A stretch of 64,000 nt of DNA from Escherichia phage vB_EcoM_SA20RB, in sequence record OL960581. One strand, written 5' to 3'. Positions 1 through 8,950 of the stretch are shown here, one piece after another; within the stretch, counting starts at the first letter, position 1; each line of letters begins with the position of its first letter. The notes under the pieces are model-generated. The model saw only the letters and a list, made by a program, of their open reading frames with translations. It did no database searches and was not told where the DNA came from. Position numbers and translations under genes: made by a program.

Positions 1-167
1 TTGCCAAAAAGCCCAAATGTGATGGCTTCTAACATAGTAGACTTACCACCGCCATTTCGTCCAGTAATAAGAGTTTTTTGAACCTTATCTAGTTGAATGT
101 CAATAGGATTTCCACCTACTGACATTATATTTTGATACCTAACTCGGTTTAGTTTAAAATTCTTCAC
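1..167 (-). CDS. 46: Recombination endonuclease subunit gp46 (Rad50/SbcC-like ATPase), N-terminal fragment running off the window
   Basis: Minus-strand translation from GTG at 167 gives VKNFKLNRVRYQNIMSVGGNPIDIQLDKVQKTLITGRNGGGKSTMLEAITFGLFG with a Walker A motif; matches the gp46 N-terminus from memory; SD-like AAGGA upstream; not in the ORF track because it is truncated. Confidence 0.8.
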   Translation of the reverse strand, partial: MKNFKLNRVRYQNIMSVGGNPIDIQLDKVQKTLITGRNGGGKSTMLEAITFGLFG

Positions 168-427
168 AAAAGATTCCTTTTAATGTATCTTTTAGACCAT
201 TCTATCATATCATCATAATCTAAAAAGTATTCATCAAATTCAGCCATGCAAACAACACCTTGTGCTGCTTTTGATGTGATATAAATTATTCCAACATATC
301 TAGAATCTTCTTCGGTGTAATCAATATTTGCTATGAATTCATCATTAATGTCAAATGTCGAAAACTTCACAGTATGCATCCTTAATACAAGATACAGCCA
401 TATCTTGTAATGATTTAGGTGTATCAT
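164..427 (-). CDS. Hypothetical small protein between 47 and 46 (46.1-like); true start may be the internal Met near 379
   Basis: ORF-track 87 aa; its TGA stop overlaps the GTG start of 46 (GTGA coupling). Confidence 0.45.
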   Translation of the reverse strand: MIHLNHYKIWLYLVLRMHTVKFSTFDINDEFIANIDYTEEDSRYVGIIYITSKAAQGVVCMAEFDEYFLDYDDMIEWSKRYIKRNLL

Positions 428-614
428 TATCTAAAATGTTGAAGTTAAAAGATACAGCCCAGTCAGTGCAGACCGTAACCTTTTTAATACAATTATCTTC
501 AACCTCTAGCGGTTCAAACCAATATTCAATAATTTCTTTATGCCCAATATCATCTTTTACTTCGCATTCAAAATGCTGACTCATCATAACATTTTTAAAT
601 TCATCAAAAGTCAT
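351..614 (-). CDS. Hypothetical small protein (46.2-like)
   Basis: ORF-track 87 aa; its ATG overlaps the gp47 stop (ATGA coupling). Confidence 0.5.
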   Translation of the reverse strand: MTFDEFKNVMMSQHFECEVKDDIGHKEIIEYWFEPLEVEDNCIKKVTVCTDWAVSFNFNILDNDTPKSLQDMAVSCIKDAYCEVFDI

Positions 615-1630
615 TGTGTTGCCTCTACATATAACTGATTTGCATATTGAATAAGTGCTTCGCGATCAGAATCAGTGATGTCTGGAATTGCATTAATGTA
701 TTCTTCCATCAACGTCTGAAGAGATTGAACTTCAACTTCTTCACTATCATCTGACTCGACAGAGTTATCAATCTTTGACACAACTCGTAATGAATGCACA
801 ACTTTTTCTAGTTCAGATTCGAACTTCGTCAGATTTTTGTCTACTTCAGTTACTATAACACGCACTGACAGATTTGTAAAATCTTTATAGTCAATTTTTC
901 CCTTAAATGGATATTGAATTCGACGATGCCAAGTAGTGTTGTTTGGAATAAATTCCATTCGTTCTGTTTCTGTATCAAACATCCAGAACCCACGAGGGTC
1001 ATTCTCGTCACCCGCAGTTAGTGTCCATGGTGTCCCAATATATCTGACGTTAGCAGCCTCAGAGATAGTATGGAAGTGACCAGACCACACTTCTTTGTAA
1101 GTCTTAAGGAAATCAGGTTCAAGACCGTGAGATTTCATTCCTTTATAAAAATAAAATCCATTCAGTTCCCAGTGACCAACACAAAAAGAAGCAGATGAAG
1201 TTTTGATGTGTTCAAGAATTTCACCAGTGTTTTCTTCACACATCCAAGGAATTAAATCAATCAAACATCCGTCAAAATCTACTGTAGTAGGCTTATCATA
1301 TACTTTAACATTAGGATATTTAGCCAAAAGCTCAGTAGAAGCATTTGGATGCATTACATTTTTATAGTGGAGATCGTGATTTCCTACAATAGTATGTAAT
1401 GTGATTCCAGCGGCATCAAGCATTTGAACTATTTCACGGGCAAACTCCATAGTTTTATGCGTGATCGCTTTTCGTACATCAAAAATATCACCGTATTGAA
1501 TCCATACAGTAATTCCATTTTTCTTAGAATATTCTATCGCTTGCTTAATTCCATCAATTTGAATACCGCGAATCCATTCATCATCAGCTTTAACGCCTAA
1601 ATGCCAATCACCCAAGTTTAGTATTTTCAT
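611..1630 (-). CDS. 47: Recombination endonuclease subunit gp47 (Mre11/SbcD-like phosphoesterase)
   Basis: 339 aa; N-terminus MKILNLGDWHLG and GNHD metallophosphatase motifs; length matches T4 gp47; adjacent to 46. Confidence 0.93.
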   Translation of the reverse strand: MKILNLGDWHLGVKADDEWIRGIQIDGIKQAIEYSKKNGITVWIQYGDIFDVRKAITHKTMEFAREIVQMLDAAGITLHTIVGNHDLHYKNVMHPNASTELLAKYPNVKVYDKPTTVDFDGCLIDLIPWMCEENTGEILEHIKTSSASFCVGHWELNGFYFYKGMKSHGLEPDFLKTYKEVWSGHFHTISEAANVRYIGTPWTLTAGDENDPRGFWMFDTETERMEFIPNNTTWHRRIQYPFKGKIDYKDFTNLSVRVIVTEVDKNLTKFESELEKVVHSLRVVSKIDNSVESDDSEEVEVQSLQTLMEEYINAIPDITDSDREALIQYANQLYVEATQ

Positions 1631-2231
1631 GGTGTCTTTTCCATCCTAATTTAGCTGCTTTTGAAACTAGTTCTTTAATTTTTCCTTTTGTCCATTCAGG
1701 ACCAGGAGGTTCATGACATAACATTTGCTTAACTCCGTTATTATACCATTTTTTACCTTTATTATGTGATGAAGCTTTAAATTTATTTGACCTTCCTTTT
1801 ACATAACCTTCTGGAATATACGGTAAAAAGGCAGATTTTCCTGTTAATGGGTCATGTGAATGTATGTTTCCTTTACAATTATGAGAACCATATAATGGAT
1901 GATTTTGTCCTTTAATATCTCTTCCAAATGAACCTTTTGGAGCAGCATATGACATATTAAAGAATAATGGATTTTTAACCGCATCATGCAAACGTTGATA
2001 ATATAGCTCGCATTTAATAGCTTCTTCGCGTGTATCAAATTCATCTAAAATGCATGAATCAAATAAATGTGGGTTATTTGAAAGTTCTTCATTATAAATT
2101 TTCTTATACTTTTTAGATAAAACTGATCCATGATATCCGGCTAAATGCCTGTCTAAAGATGTAGATCCAATATAAAAAGGAGGAAGTTTATCTCCACTAT
2201 ATATTGTTAAATAAGTTATATATTTTTTCAT
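1608..2231 (-). CDS. GIY-YIG-like endonuclease-like protein (Seg-like), putative
   Basis: 207 aa; N-terminal YLTIYSG...FYIGSTS resembles a GIY-(X8)-YIG module; basic Gly/Lys-rich C-terminal half; overlaps the gp47 start by 23 nt. Confidence 0.5.
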   Translation of the reverse strand: MKKYITYLTIYSGDKLPPFYIGSTSLDRHLAGYHGSVLSKKYKKIYNEELSNNPHLFDSCILDEFDTREEAIKCELYYQRLHDAVKNPLFFNMSYAAPKGSFGRDIKGQNHPLYGSHNCKGNIHSHDPLTGKSAFLPYIPEGYVKGRSNKFKASSHNKGKKWYNNGVKQMLCHEPPGPEWTKGKIKELVSKAAKLGWKRHHENTKLG

Positions 2232-2391
2232 ATATCAAGAACCGTCATTGAAATGCAAAATAAAATTATTGAAATAAATCCATCTGGAGTGCTAAAGAAC
2301 CCAATCCAACACGCTCTAGTGAATAGATAAAATGCGAGAAAAAGTATCACATATCCAAGAAATATCATTATATCAAACTCCGTATAAAGCT

Positions 2392-2409
2392 AAAGGGCCG
2401 AAGCCCTTT
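2392..2409 (-). terminator. GC-rich tetraloop hairpin AAAGGGC-CGAA-GCCCTTT just 3' of agt
   Basis: Perfect palindrome; T-rich flank on both strands. Confidence 0.5.
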
Positions 2410-3610
2410 ATTTTGTAATAATGTCAAACTGTTCTTTAAAGCAGAAGCTTGAATCTTGATGCTGATACAAAAATTCATAAGCTTTTTCGCGTTCACGGTC
2501 ATAAAGAGCTCGGTCAGATGACAGTTCTTTAATACGTTCAAATGTTGATTCCATGTCATTTTCATCAAACCAAACGATACCGCTATCATGAGAAATTAAC
2601 GGAGTATTATCAACACGGAATTTTAAATTTTCGCCAGTAGATTTCCAAAATACTGGAATTGTTCCACATGCACCAAGCTCGAGATGAGTATATTCTAAAG
2701 AACGTTGTAGATATTTTTTGTCCAACTTACTCAGCTGATAACCAAATCCGGATTTACTCATGCGCTCAAGCATTTCGCTATTTACATAACGGTCAAGAAT
2801 TTGCGTTGGCAAATTAGGAGCAATTTTAATTTGGTCTACTTGATGAAGACGATAATACTCGTATGGAATTCCTTTTTCTTTAATAGGAATGAACGCAGGA
2901 GAACGTTCCAGACCTTCCATAATAGTACTTAGCCCAGCAGGTTTAAGATGTTTTTCGTGAAAATCAAACATCTGATAAAAACCTTTCCATGTAGTCGTAC
3001 GACCAATCCAACGGTTGACATTCATGTTAATTTCAGAAACATCTTTCCAGTAGGTTGATCGAACCTTCGCAATATCCATAGGAGGCTGAAAGTTGTATAC
3101 AGTCGGTGCTTCTTCAATATCATCAAACAGAGAAACTGTTTCTGGATACCATTCTTTCATCAAAACTTTATTAAAATCACCATTATCAGAATGACTAAAA
3201 ATAACATCAGCTCGACGAACAGTTTCTTCTAATCCCAAATTTCGGCGCAAAGAAAGAGAAGAATGGTCATGTTGATAAACTACAACACGAACTGAAGGTT
3301 TAATGTTATCAATAATTTTTTTATAGTTATTAATAGTGTCTTCTTCGACTGAAGTAGCAGGAACTGAATTGATAATTAGAATATCACAATCATTTACCAG
3401 CTTAAGTGTTTTATCGTATTCTTTTGCCAATAAAACCGGAATTGAAAATGATTTATAATCATGCGCGCAATTACGAGTAAATGATTTATCTTTAGCATAA
3501 ACCAAAGTTACTTCATGACCATTTTTAATAAACCAATCACGCTGCTCGAGAGAAAATTTAGTTACGCCGCAACCTTCAAGACCTCGAGCCATAAAAATAC
3601 ATACTTTCAT
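2408..3610 (-). CDS. agt: DNA alpha-glucosyltransferase
   Basis: 400 aa, matches T4 alpha-gt length and N-terminus MKVCIFMARGLEGCGVTKF. Confidence 0.9.
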   Translation of the reverse strand: MKVCIFMARGLEGCGVTKFSLEQRDWFIKNGHEVTLVYAKDKSFTRNCAHDYKSFSIPVLLAKEYDKTLKLVNDCDILIINSVPATSVEEDTINNYKKIIDNIKPSVRVVVYQHDHSSLSLRRNLGLEETVRRADVIFSHSDNGDFNKVLMKEWYPETVSLFDDIEEAPTVYNFQPPMDIAKVRSTYWKDVSEINMNVNRWIGRTTTWKGFYQMFDFHEKHLKPAGLSTIMEGLERSPAFIPIKEKGIPYEYYRLHQVDQIKIAPNLPTQILDRYVNSEMLERMSKSGFGYQLSKLDKKYLQRSLEYTHLELGACGTIPVFWKSTGENLKFRVDNTPLISHDSGIVWFDENDMESTFERIKELSSDRALYDREREKAYEFLYQHQDSSFCFKEQFDIITK

Positions 3611-3660
3611 TTAATATCCTCATTGTTTTGGTTTATTTTACCAAAAATTTATAAAGCAAT

Positions 3661-3680
3661 ATAGGAGCCGAAGCTCCTAT
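3661..3680 (-). other. Hairpin ATAGGAGC-CGAA-GCTCCTAT in the agt leader region
   Basis: Perfect inverted repeat around a CGAA tetraloop. Confidence 0.4.
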
Positions 3681-3853
3681 CCGCATAATACACCATACAG
3701 AGGCTCATTAGAGCTTCTAAATTTTATACGTTTATGTGTTATAGTTCCTTCTGCTTTAGCTTTATCATGAGACTCTTTAAAGCGCCTCATCATTTCTACT
3801 TTAGAGGAACGAATTTTATTATAATCTATTTCACAAGTCTGGGCGTTCATCTT

Positions 3854-4060
3854 TCACAGTTGCCACCATTTTTTGACTTGATAGGAATCAACCCACACTT
3901 TCATATTAGGGTCTGCTCTTACAATAGGAGGATTAACTTCTTTAATTGAACTATCATGGTATTCTTTTTCAGAAATTTTCACGCAAAGATGACCATTCAA
4001 AGATTCAGTAAATCCTGCATTAATTTTAAGACGCTTGAATTTTACGCGTGTAAGCATCAA
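3854..4060 (-). CDS. Hypothetical protein
   Basis: ORF-track 68 aa, in the minus-strand early gene series. Confidence 0.4.
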   Translation of the reverse strand: MMLTRVKFKRLKINAGFTESLNGHLCVKISEKEYHDSSIKEVNPPIVRADPNMKVWVDSYQVKKWWQL

Positions 4061-4343
4061 TCATATCCTCAATCTGCGATCTAGTAGTCTTCCAAAGAAT
4101 ACTAATGAGTTCATCGTTATATGGCTGTTTTAGAATATCCCGACTTTTCTTGATAGCATATTCGTATTGAGCAAAATTATTGTTTTCAGCTGCAATCTGA
4201 GCGTGTTTATAAAGACGGTTCAGTTCGCGTTTGTTTTTAGACAATAACTTATTTGCTTTTCTTTCTGCTTCAAGACGGTTCTTTTCTTCAATAGAAGAAA
4301 TAAGCTTTTCCACTTCATCATTAATTTCGGGTTTATCAGTCAT
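4026..4343 (-). CDS. Hypothetical protein (charged, helical)
   Basis: ORF-track 105 aa. Confidence 0.5.
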   Translation of the reverse strand: MTDKPEINDEVEKLISSIEEKNRLEAERKANKLLSKNKRELNRLYKHAQIAAENNNFAQYEYAIKKSRDILKQPYNDELISILWKTTRSQIEDMIDAYTRKIQAS

Positions 4344-4344
4344 A

Positions 4345-4563
4345 TTATTTCTCTAATATAAAATAAAAATCATCATCTGTTAAATGATACCGATAGTTTA
4401 ATTCTACACCATTAGATTTAAAAGCGGTATCATACGGATTTTCTGGATCAATATCAATGTCAAGAGCTAAAACTTCCCTGAGATACATTTTAAGTAAATA
4501 GGGAATAGCTTCAACTTCAGGTATTTCTTCCAAGAATCCGGAGAGGTTAATCGTTAGCCTCAT
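4345..4563 (-). CDS. Hypothetical protein
   Basis: ORF-track 72 aa; overlaps the gene 55 stop. Confidence 0.5.
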
Positions 4564-5104
4564 ATAAAAAATCCAAACTAGGAGAATCGTCTACAACACT
4601 TTTCTTTTCAGCCCCCGGTGTTCTATAGGTTGATTCTTCGTAATGCGTCATTTTATCGTAGATGTCTTGAATAAAAGTTTCATCTACTAACGCAACCATA
4701 TCGTCGTCACGACTGTCATAGACATTGTGAACGAAGTAACTATATTTCTTTGCAACTTCCTTACGTTCTTTTTTAATACGTTGGACGAATGCATTAAAAC
4801 AAGCTTGAGTTATATATGCATGTGGGTTTTTATATTTCGTTTCATCAAAATTATGAAGCCCCTTAATAGAAGCTTCTATACCATCTGCAATCATTTCTTG
4901 TTTCCAAGATTGGGTGTATCCTGAAAAGTTGAAACGTTTAGATAAGCCTTCTGCAATAAGCATAATGGCTAATCCGATAGTATCATTCTGACGAACTACT
5001 TTATTTGGGTCTTTATTATTTGCTAATTCTGTTTTCCAATCAATAATAGCTTGTAAAAGCTCTTTATTGTTTACGTAATTATATTTAGGCTTAGTTTCTG
5101 ACAT
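4547..5104 (-). CDS. 55: Late-promoter sigma factor gp55
   Basis: ORF 4547..5110; second Met gives [23 protein letters not shown], 185 aa as in T4 gp55. Confidence 0.92.
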
Positions 5105-5182
5105 TTTCACCTCTTAGCTCAATTCATAGATCTATTATATCATAATATTTGAAGATCTATCTTAAAGCATAGAGGATATCAG

Positions 5183-5452
5183 TTATCTAAGTAAACAGTA
5201 TGCTTGGAACACTTTCTCCATCATCTTTTTAAATTCATGAATATCTATGTAATGACTAGTTAAATCAGCATGATATAAAAAGTCTAAAAACTTTTCATGT
5301 GTGCTAGCATATTCACTTTCATTTAATTCAGAAACATGGCTTTCCCAATATCCAACACCAGTCTTATTTGGGAAAAATGAAATTTTCATGTATTGGTCAA
5401 CATAGAAAATGCCATAATTTTCAATAGTAATAGAAATATTAATAAATTTCAT
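5183..5452 (-). CDS. Hypothetical protein
   Basis: ORF-track 89 aa. Confidence 0.5.
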   Translation of the reverse strand: MKFINISITIENYGIFYVDQYMKISFFPNKTGVGYWESHVSELNESEYASTHEKFLDFLYHADLTSHYIDIHEFKKMMEKVFQAYCLLR

Positions 5453-5670
5453 ACATTCATCAACTTAGCCGCTTCGAGAGCTGCATCTAGTGAATCAAAT
5501 TGGTCAACGTATTCAATCAATTCGCCATAATTAGCGTATAACCACCATTGGCTAAATTCATACTCAAGGATGAATCCATTTCCTTCAATTTGAGTTAAAC
5601 CAATGCCATTTGTATTTACTTCATATCCGGCAAGACGTAAATCGTTAATAAGAGCTTCGTTCATATTCAT
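5449..5670 (-). CDS. Hypothetical protein
   Basis: ORF-track 73 aa; 4-nt overlap with neighbours. Confidence 0.5.
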   Translation of the reverse strand: MNMNEALINDLRLAGYEVNTNGIGLTQIEGNGFILEYEFSQWWLYANYGELIEYVDQFDSLDAALEAAKLMNV

Positions 5671-5993
5671 ACCTTAGCAATTTTCAGGTCAGCAAATTTT
5701 TTCTTGCGTTGATTTTTCATACGACGAATAGTTTTATCGGAAATTTCATGCTTTTGATAAGCTTTAGATTCTACACCAAAAGCTTTAACATCAAATTCTG
5801 ACAAGATATATTGAACCAACAATTCACGGACAGTATTGCGTCCAATTTTCTGATCATTCTGTTTCATCGTCTGATGAAGTTCTTTTTCCCATTTATCCAA
5901 AATTTGAGGAGTTACAATATCGCCTTTTTCTAGCAGAGAAACTACTTTATCATATGCATAAGAATTGATGGCGTTTTTAATTTGAATAGTCAT
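5667..5993 (-). CDS. Hypothetical protein
   Basis: ORF-track 108 aa. Confidence 0.5.
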   Translation of the reverse strand: MTIQIKNAINSYAYDKVVSLLEKGDIVTPQILDKWEKELHQTMKQNDQKIGRNTVRELLVQYILSEFDVKAFGVESKAYQKHEISDKTIRRMKNQRKKKFADLKIAKV

Positions 5994-6025
5994 ACATTAT
6001 CCTCAATTGCGTTAAAATTTTATTA

Positions 6026-6048
6026 TCCAAAAAGGGCCGAAGCCCTTA
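6026..6048 (-). terminator. Rho-independent terminator-like hairpin AAGGGC-TTCG-GCCCTT followed by a U-run on the minus transcript
   Basis: Stem-loop followed by TTTTTGG on the minus strand. Confidence 0.5.
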
Positions 6049-6246
6049 GCTAAACTGTTTGGCACCCTTCCAGCCTTCGTACATCATTGCAGCTGATATT
6101 AATATTGCTCCTGCGCATTTTGAATATTTGTGATTCCAAAACCAGTTCAGAAAAACTTCGTCATCAATACCTTGGGCTATCATATTTTCAAAGAACTGAC
6201 GACGAGCTTCGGCAATTCGTTGTGATAATTTAGATTCAGGATTCAT
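6046..6246 (-). CDS. Hypothetical protein
   Basis: ORF-track 66 aa. Confidence 0.45.
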   Translation of the reverse strand: MNPESKLSQRIAEARRQFFENMIAQGIDDEVFLNWFWNHKYSKCAGAILISAAMMYEGWKGAKQFS

Positions 6247-6462
6247 TTAAATTTTCCAGTTACCGTTTTCATCAATGAATTTAATCCAGTCATTTACTGA
6301 CCACTTAGTCGTATCGCCTTTTGGAGCGACATTTAAAGTGTATAATCCTTGTTTAAAAAGCATGCGTTTGATATTCATATTTTCCTCAGCTGTAACGATA
6401 GCACTCGTTTGATTTACGCTTAGCAACTCGTTGAGAAGTATTGTAATCAAAATCATCGTCAA
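6247..6462 (-). CDS. Hypothetical protein (start may be the internal Met near 6381)
   Basis: ORF-track 71 aa; overlaps the next ORF. Confidence 0.4.
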   Translation of the reverse strand: MTMILITILLNELLSVNQTSAIVTAEENMNIKRMLFKQGLYTLNVAPKGDTTKWSVNDWIKFIDENGNWKI

Positions 6463-6724
6463 TGTAAACTGATTTTTTCAACTTTCTTACTTCACCACGC
6501 AATTGACGATTTAACTCATCTTTAACTTCTGAATCAATGCCTTTCATTCTACGCCATTTATCTGAGCGAAAAATGTTTTCAACCATATCTTTATGACTTA
6601 CACCATCAGGAGCTTTACGCTTTCCGAAATAGTCATAATCACGAACTTTCAAGTCTTTACGACGATACGTTTTACCCATGGAGTTTAATTTCCTTAGCAA
6701 CTGAACTAAATACAGCACGATCAC
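6386..6724 (-). CDS. Hypothetical basic protein (start may be the internal Met near 6679)
   Basis: ORF-track 112 aa, Arg/Lys-rich. Confidence 0.45.
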   Translation of the reverse strand: MIVLYLVQLLRKLNSMGKTYRRKDLKVRDYDYFGKRKAPDGVSHKDMVENIFRSDKWRRMKGIDSEVKDELNRQLRGEVRKLKKSVYIDDDFDYNTSQRVAKRKSNECYRYS

Positions 6725-6854
6725 AAATCATCTGTTTATGTAACTTGAGTATAAGATAATAAACTTCAAAACCGTTTACATAAGTAACACGAACAACATT
6801 ACCATTAATAAAATAATATTGTCCCTTTTTAATTTCTTTATCAACCACAACCAT
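6672..6854 (-). CDS. Hypothetical protein
   Basis: ORF-track 60 aa, immediately downstream of the early promoter at 6885-6914. Confidence 0.45.
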   Translation of the reverse strand: MVVVDKEIKKGQYYFINGNVVRVTYVNGFEVYYLILKLHKQMICDRAVFSSVAKEIKLHG

Positions 6855-6884
6855 ATCAAATCCTCAAAGGCAATTCATATGTTA

Positions 6885-6914
6885 ATAATACCATAGTTTG
6901 AACTTCTTGTAAAC
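6885..6914 (-). promoter_or_regulatory. T4-type early promoter (-35 GTTTAC, -10 TATTAT, AT-rich UP element)
   Basis: Minus strand reads aaaataatttcacaaagttGTTTACaagaagttcaaactatggTATTAT. Confidence 0.55.
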
Positions 6915-6983
6915 AACTTTGTGAAATTATTTTAGGGAACGATAAGAAGGGAACGATAGCTTAGAATGGTAATATACAGAATG

Positions 6984-7009
6984 CGAGAAAGAAAGGCCCA
7001 GAGGGCCCG
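6984..7009 (-). terminator. Terminator-like hairpin GGGCC-CUCU-GGGCC plus U-rich tail, 3' of nrdH
   Basis: Stem-loop followed by TTTCTTTCT on the minus strand. Confidence 0.5.
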
Positions 7010-7011
7010 TC

Positions 7012-7320
7012 TTAGTCTTCTATGATATCTCTATCATATCCAAGTGAAATGAGAGTTTCTTTGAAGTGTTTAATGTTCTTTTGTCTAGAATCATTGATGA
7101 AAATGACTGGATAACGAATGTTAAGAGATGTGAATCCAGCGCGTTTAGCAAGAGATACAATCAGTGGACGATCATACTCAATCTTACCATTATTTGTAAG
7201 AACTTTATAGAAAGTAAAAGGAGCATTGAGCTCCTTTAGAAGTTTTGTAACTGATTGACATCCAGGACAACGACCTACTTCATCTGGAATTCCATAGACT
7301 TCAATCTTATTTTGTTTCAC
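7012..7320 (-). CDS. nrdH: NrdH-like glutaredoxin
   Basis: 102 aa with CPGC redox motif (GRCPGCQSV); sits beside nrdG/nrdD. Confidence 0.85.
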   Translation of the reverse strand: MKQNKIEVYGIPDEVGRCPGCQSVTKLLKELNAPFTFYKVLTNNGKIEYDRPLIVSLAKRAGFTSLNIRYPVIFINDSRQKNIKHFKETLISLGYDRDIIED

Positions 7321-7322
7321 AA

Positions 7323-7535
7323 CTATTCCTTACTAAGAGCAGCATTCAGCTTATTAGTAATTTTATCCAGACGCTCATTGAACTCGCTAGAAGACAGTCC
7401 TTTTTCTGGAGAAATCAAACTAATCACGAAAAATATAACAATAAAAGGAATAAGGAAAATAGCTCCAACTGCCATAAACAAAAAGAATGTTACGGTTGTA
7501 AGAAAATCAGCTAAACCTTTACGAAATTTATACAT
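7323..7535 (-). CDS. Small hydrophobic (membrane) protein
   Basis: 70 aa; long hydrophobic stretch FLTTVTFFLFMAVGAIFLIPFIVIFFVISLI. Confidence 0.5.
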   Translation of the reverse strand: MYKFRKGLADFLTTVTFFLFMAVGAIFLIPFIVIFFVISLISPEKGLSSSEFNERLDKITNKLNAALSKE

Positions 7536-7650
7536 ATTTTACCCTTAATTGATTAACCAAGCATTGATAAGCACTAAACTATATTGCGAATAAAATTCTG
7601 GACCAAAATGAAAAATCATATCATTTATAGTGTCCATAATATAATTCAAT

Positions 7651-8121
7651 TTAATCATGTTTCCACACCCCATCGGTATTTGACCAAAGTCGCTGATTAT
7701 CTGATCCTCGCCACAGCTTTTTGGTAGGAAGATTTTTCTCATACTTCCCATCAATAATAACATCAACATATTTAAGCATTTCTAGTTGTTTAATATCTTC
7801 AAATTTATATCCTGTCCACAACCAAATGCTTTTATTGGAATAAAGATTTTTTACTGTTTGAACCACAGAGTGAATAACATCTCGGTTATCAGGATAGAGA
7901 GGGTCTCCTCCAGTTATAGTTAATCCTTCTATATAATCATTATTCAAACATTCAATTAATTGTTCTAGTGTTTCACCAGTGAATGGAACACCATTTCTAG
8001 CATTCCATGTTGATTTATTATAACACCCTTCGCATTTATGCAAACAACCTGTAACGAAAAGAACTGTCCTGCATCCAGGACCATTAACAAAGCAGCATGG
8101 GTATATTCTGTCATAATTCAT
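7651..8121 (-). CDS. nrdG: Anaerobic ribonucleotide reductase activating protein (radical SAM)
   Basis: 156 aa; CxxxCxxC cluster in GCLHKCEGCYN; length matches T4 NrdG. Confidence 0.92.
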   Translation of the reverse strand: MNYDRIYPCCFVNGPGCRTVLFVTGCLHKCEGCYNKSTWNARNGVPFTGETLEQLIECLNNDYIEGLTITGGDPLYPDNRDVIHSVVQTVKNLYSNKSIWLWTGYKFEDIKQLEMLKYVDVIIDGKYEKNLPTKKLWRGSDNQRLWSNTDGVWKHD

Positions 8122-8950
8122 TTATATATTTCCAATTATAGCCTTCAACACTTTTACGTTCGCCATTTAAACATTTTAAAATATTTCCTTTGCTAGAAAT
8201 ATTAAAATATTTTGCTGCGTCTGGTATATAATTAAATGTTTTTAAAAGAACACCATCTTTATATGCGCCAAATAAATTAAGAGTATATTTTTCTCGAAGA
8301 CGCTGATGTTTCCTTTTCATAACCTCAGGATTTGCATACGCCAACCTCAATGAATTTCTATGTTTTTCTTTTACTTCAGGTTTTTGCATTGCTAACTTAG
8401 TTAGCCTGGAAATTTTATTTCTAACTTCGTCAGTTTTCATTGCATTTGACAAATTTAATAAAGTTTTATTTCTAACTTCAGGTTTTTGCATTGCTAACTT
8501 AGTTAGTTCTCTATGTCTTTTTCTAAAATCGTCATCCTTCCATATATTTTTCGATAATTTTGACATAGAGCGGTGAAATAATTCCTTTTCACTGGAATAC
8601 AATTTAAAAATTTCATCCAATTCATCCGCATTAAATCTATCGGTATTCGAGTTTATCATTCTATGAAAGGCATAACACATTTTACTATTGCTTGTTTTAG
8701 CTAAATAGTAATGAGCTAACGCATGGTCATAATATGACAAATTAACAATATTCCATTTATCTGTTTTATATTCAGGAAATATAGATTTGGGAAGCACGTG
8801 ATGTGCTTCCGTTTTTCCTTTTATTTTAGGATTATTATAATTTTTTGTTATCAAATCAACATATGACAATAGTAAATCATTATTTTCTTCAAATATTAAA
8901 GCTAATTTATCATTCACAAAATCGCAAGGATAAAATCTATCGTAATTCAT
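8111..8950 (-). CDS. mobC: HNH-family homing endonuclease-like protein (MobC-like) between nrdD and nrdG
   Basis: 279 aa; HNH-like EAHHVLPKS...NIVNLSYYDHALAH; repeated TKLAMQKPEV module; same position as T4 mobC. Confidence 0.75.
   Translation of the reverse strand: MNYDRFYPCDFVNDKLALIFEENNDLLLSYVDLITKNYNNPKIKGKTEAHHVLPKSIFPEYKTDKWNIVNLSYYDHALAHYYLAKTSNSKMCYAFHRMINSNTDRFNADELDEIFKLYSSEKELFHRSMSKLSKNIWKDDDFRKRHRELTKLAMQKPEVRNKTLLNLSNAMKTDEVRNKISRLTKLAMQKPEVKEKHRNSLRLAYANPEVMKRKHQRLREKYTLNLFGAYKDGVLLKTFNYIPDAAKYFNISSKGNILKCLNGERKSVEGYNWKYINEL

Noticed and set aside
5110-5182. Possible MotA-dependent middle promoter (TGCTTTA box) upstream of gene 55
   Set aside because: A MotA-box-like motif is present, but the spacing to the nearest -10-like hexamer is about 15 nt rather than the usual 12-13, and the GTTTAC nearby is too far from any -10; left unannotated.
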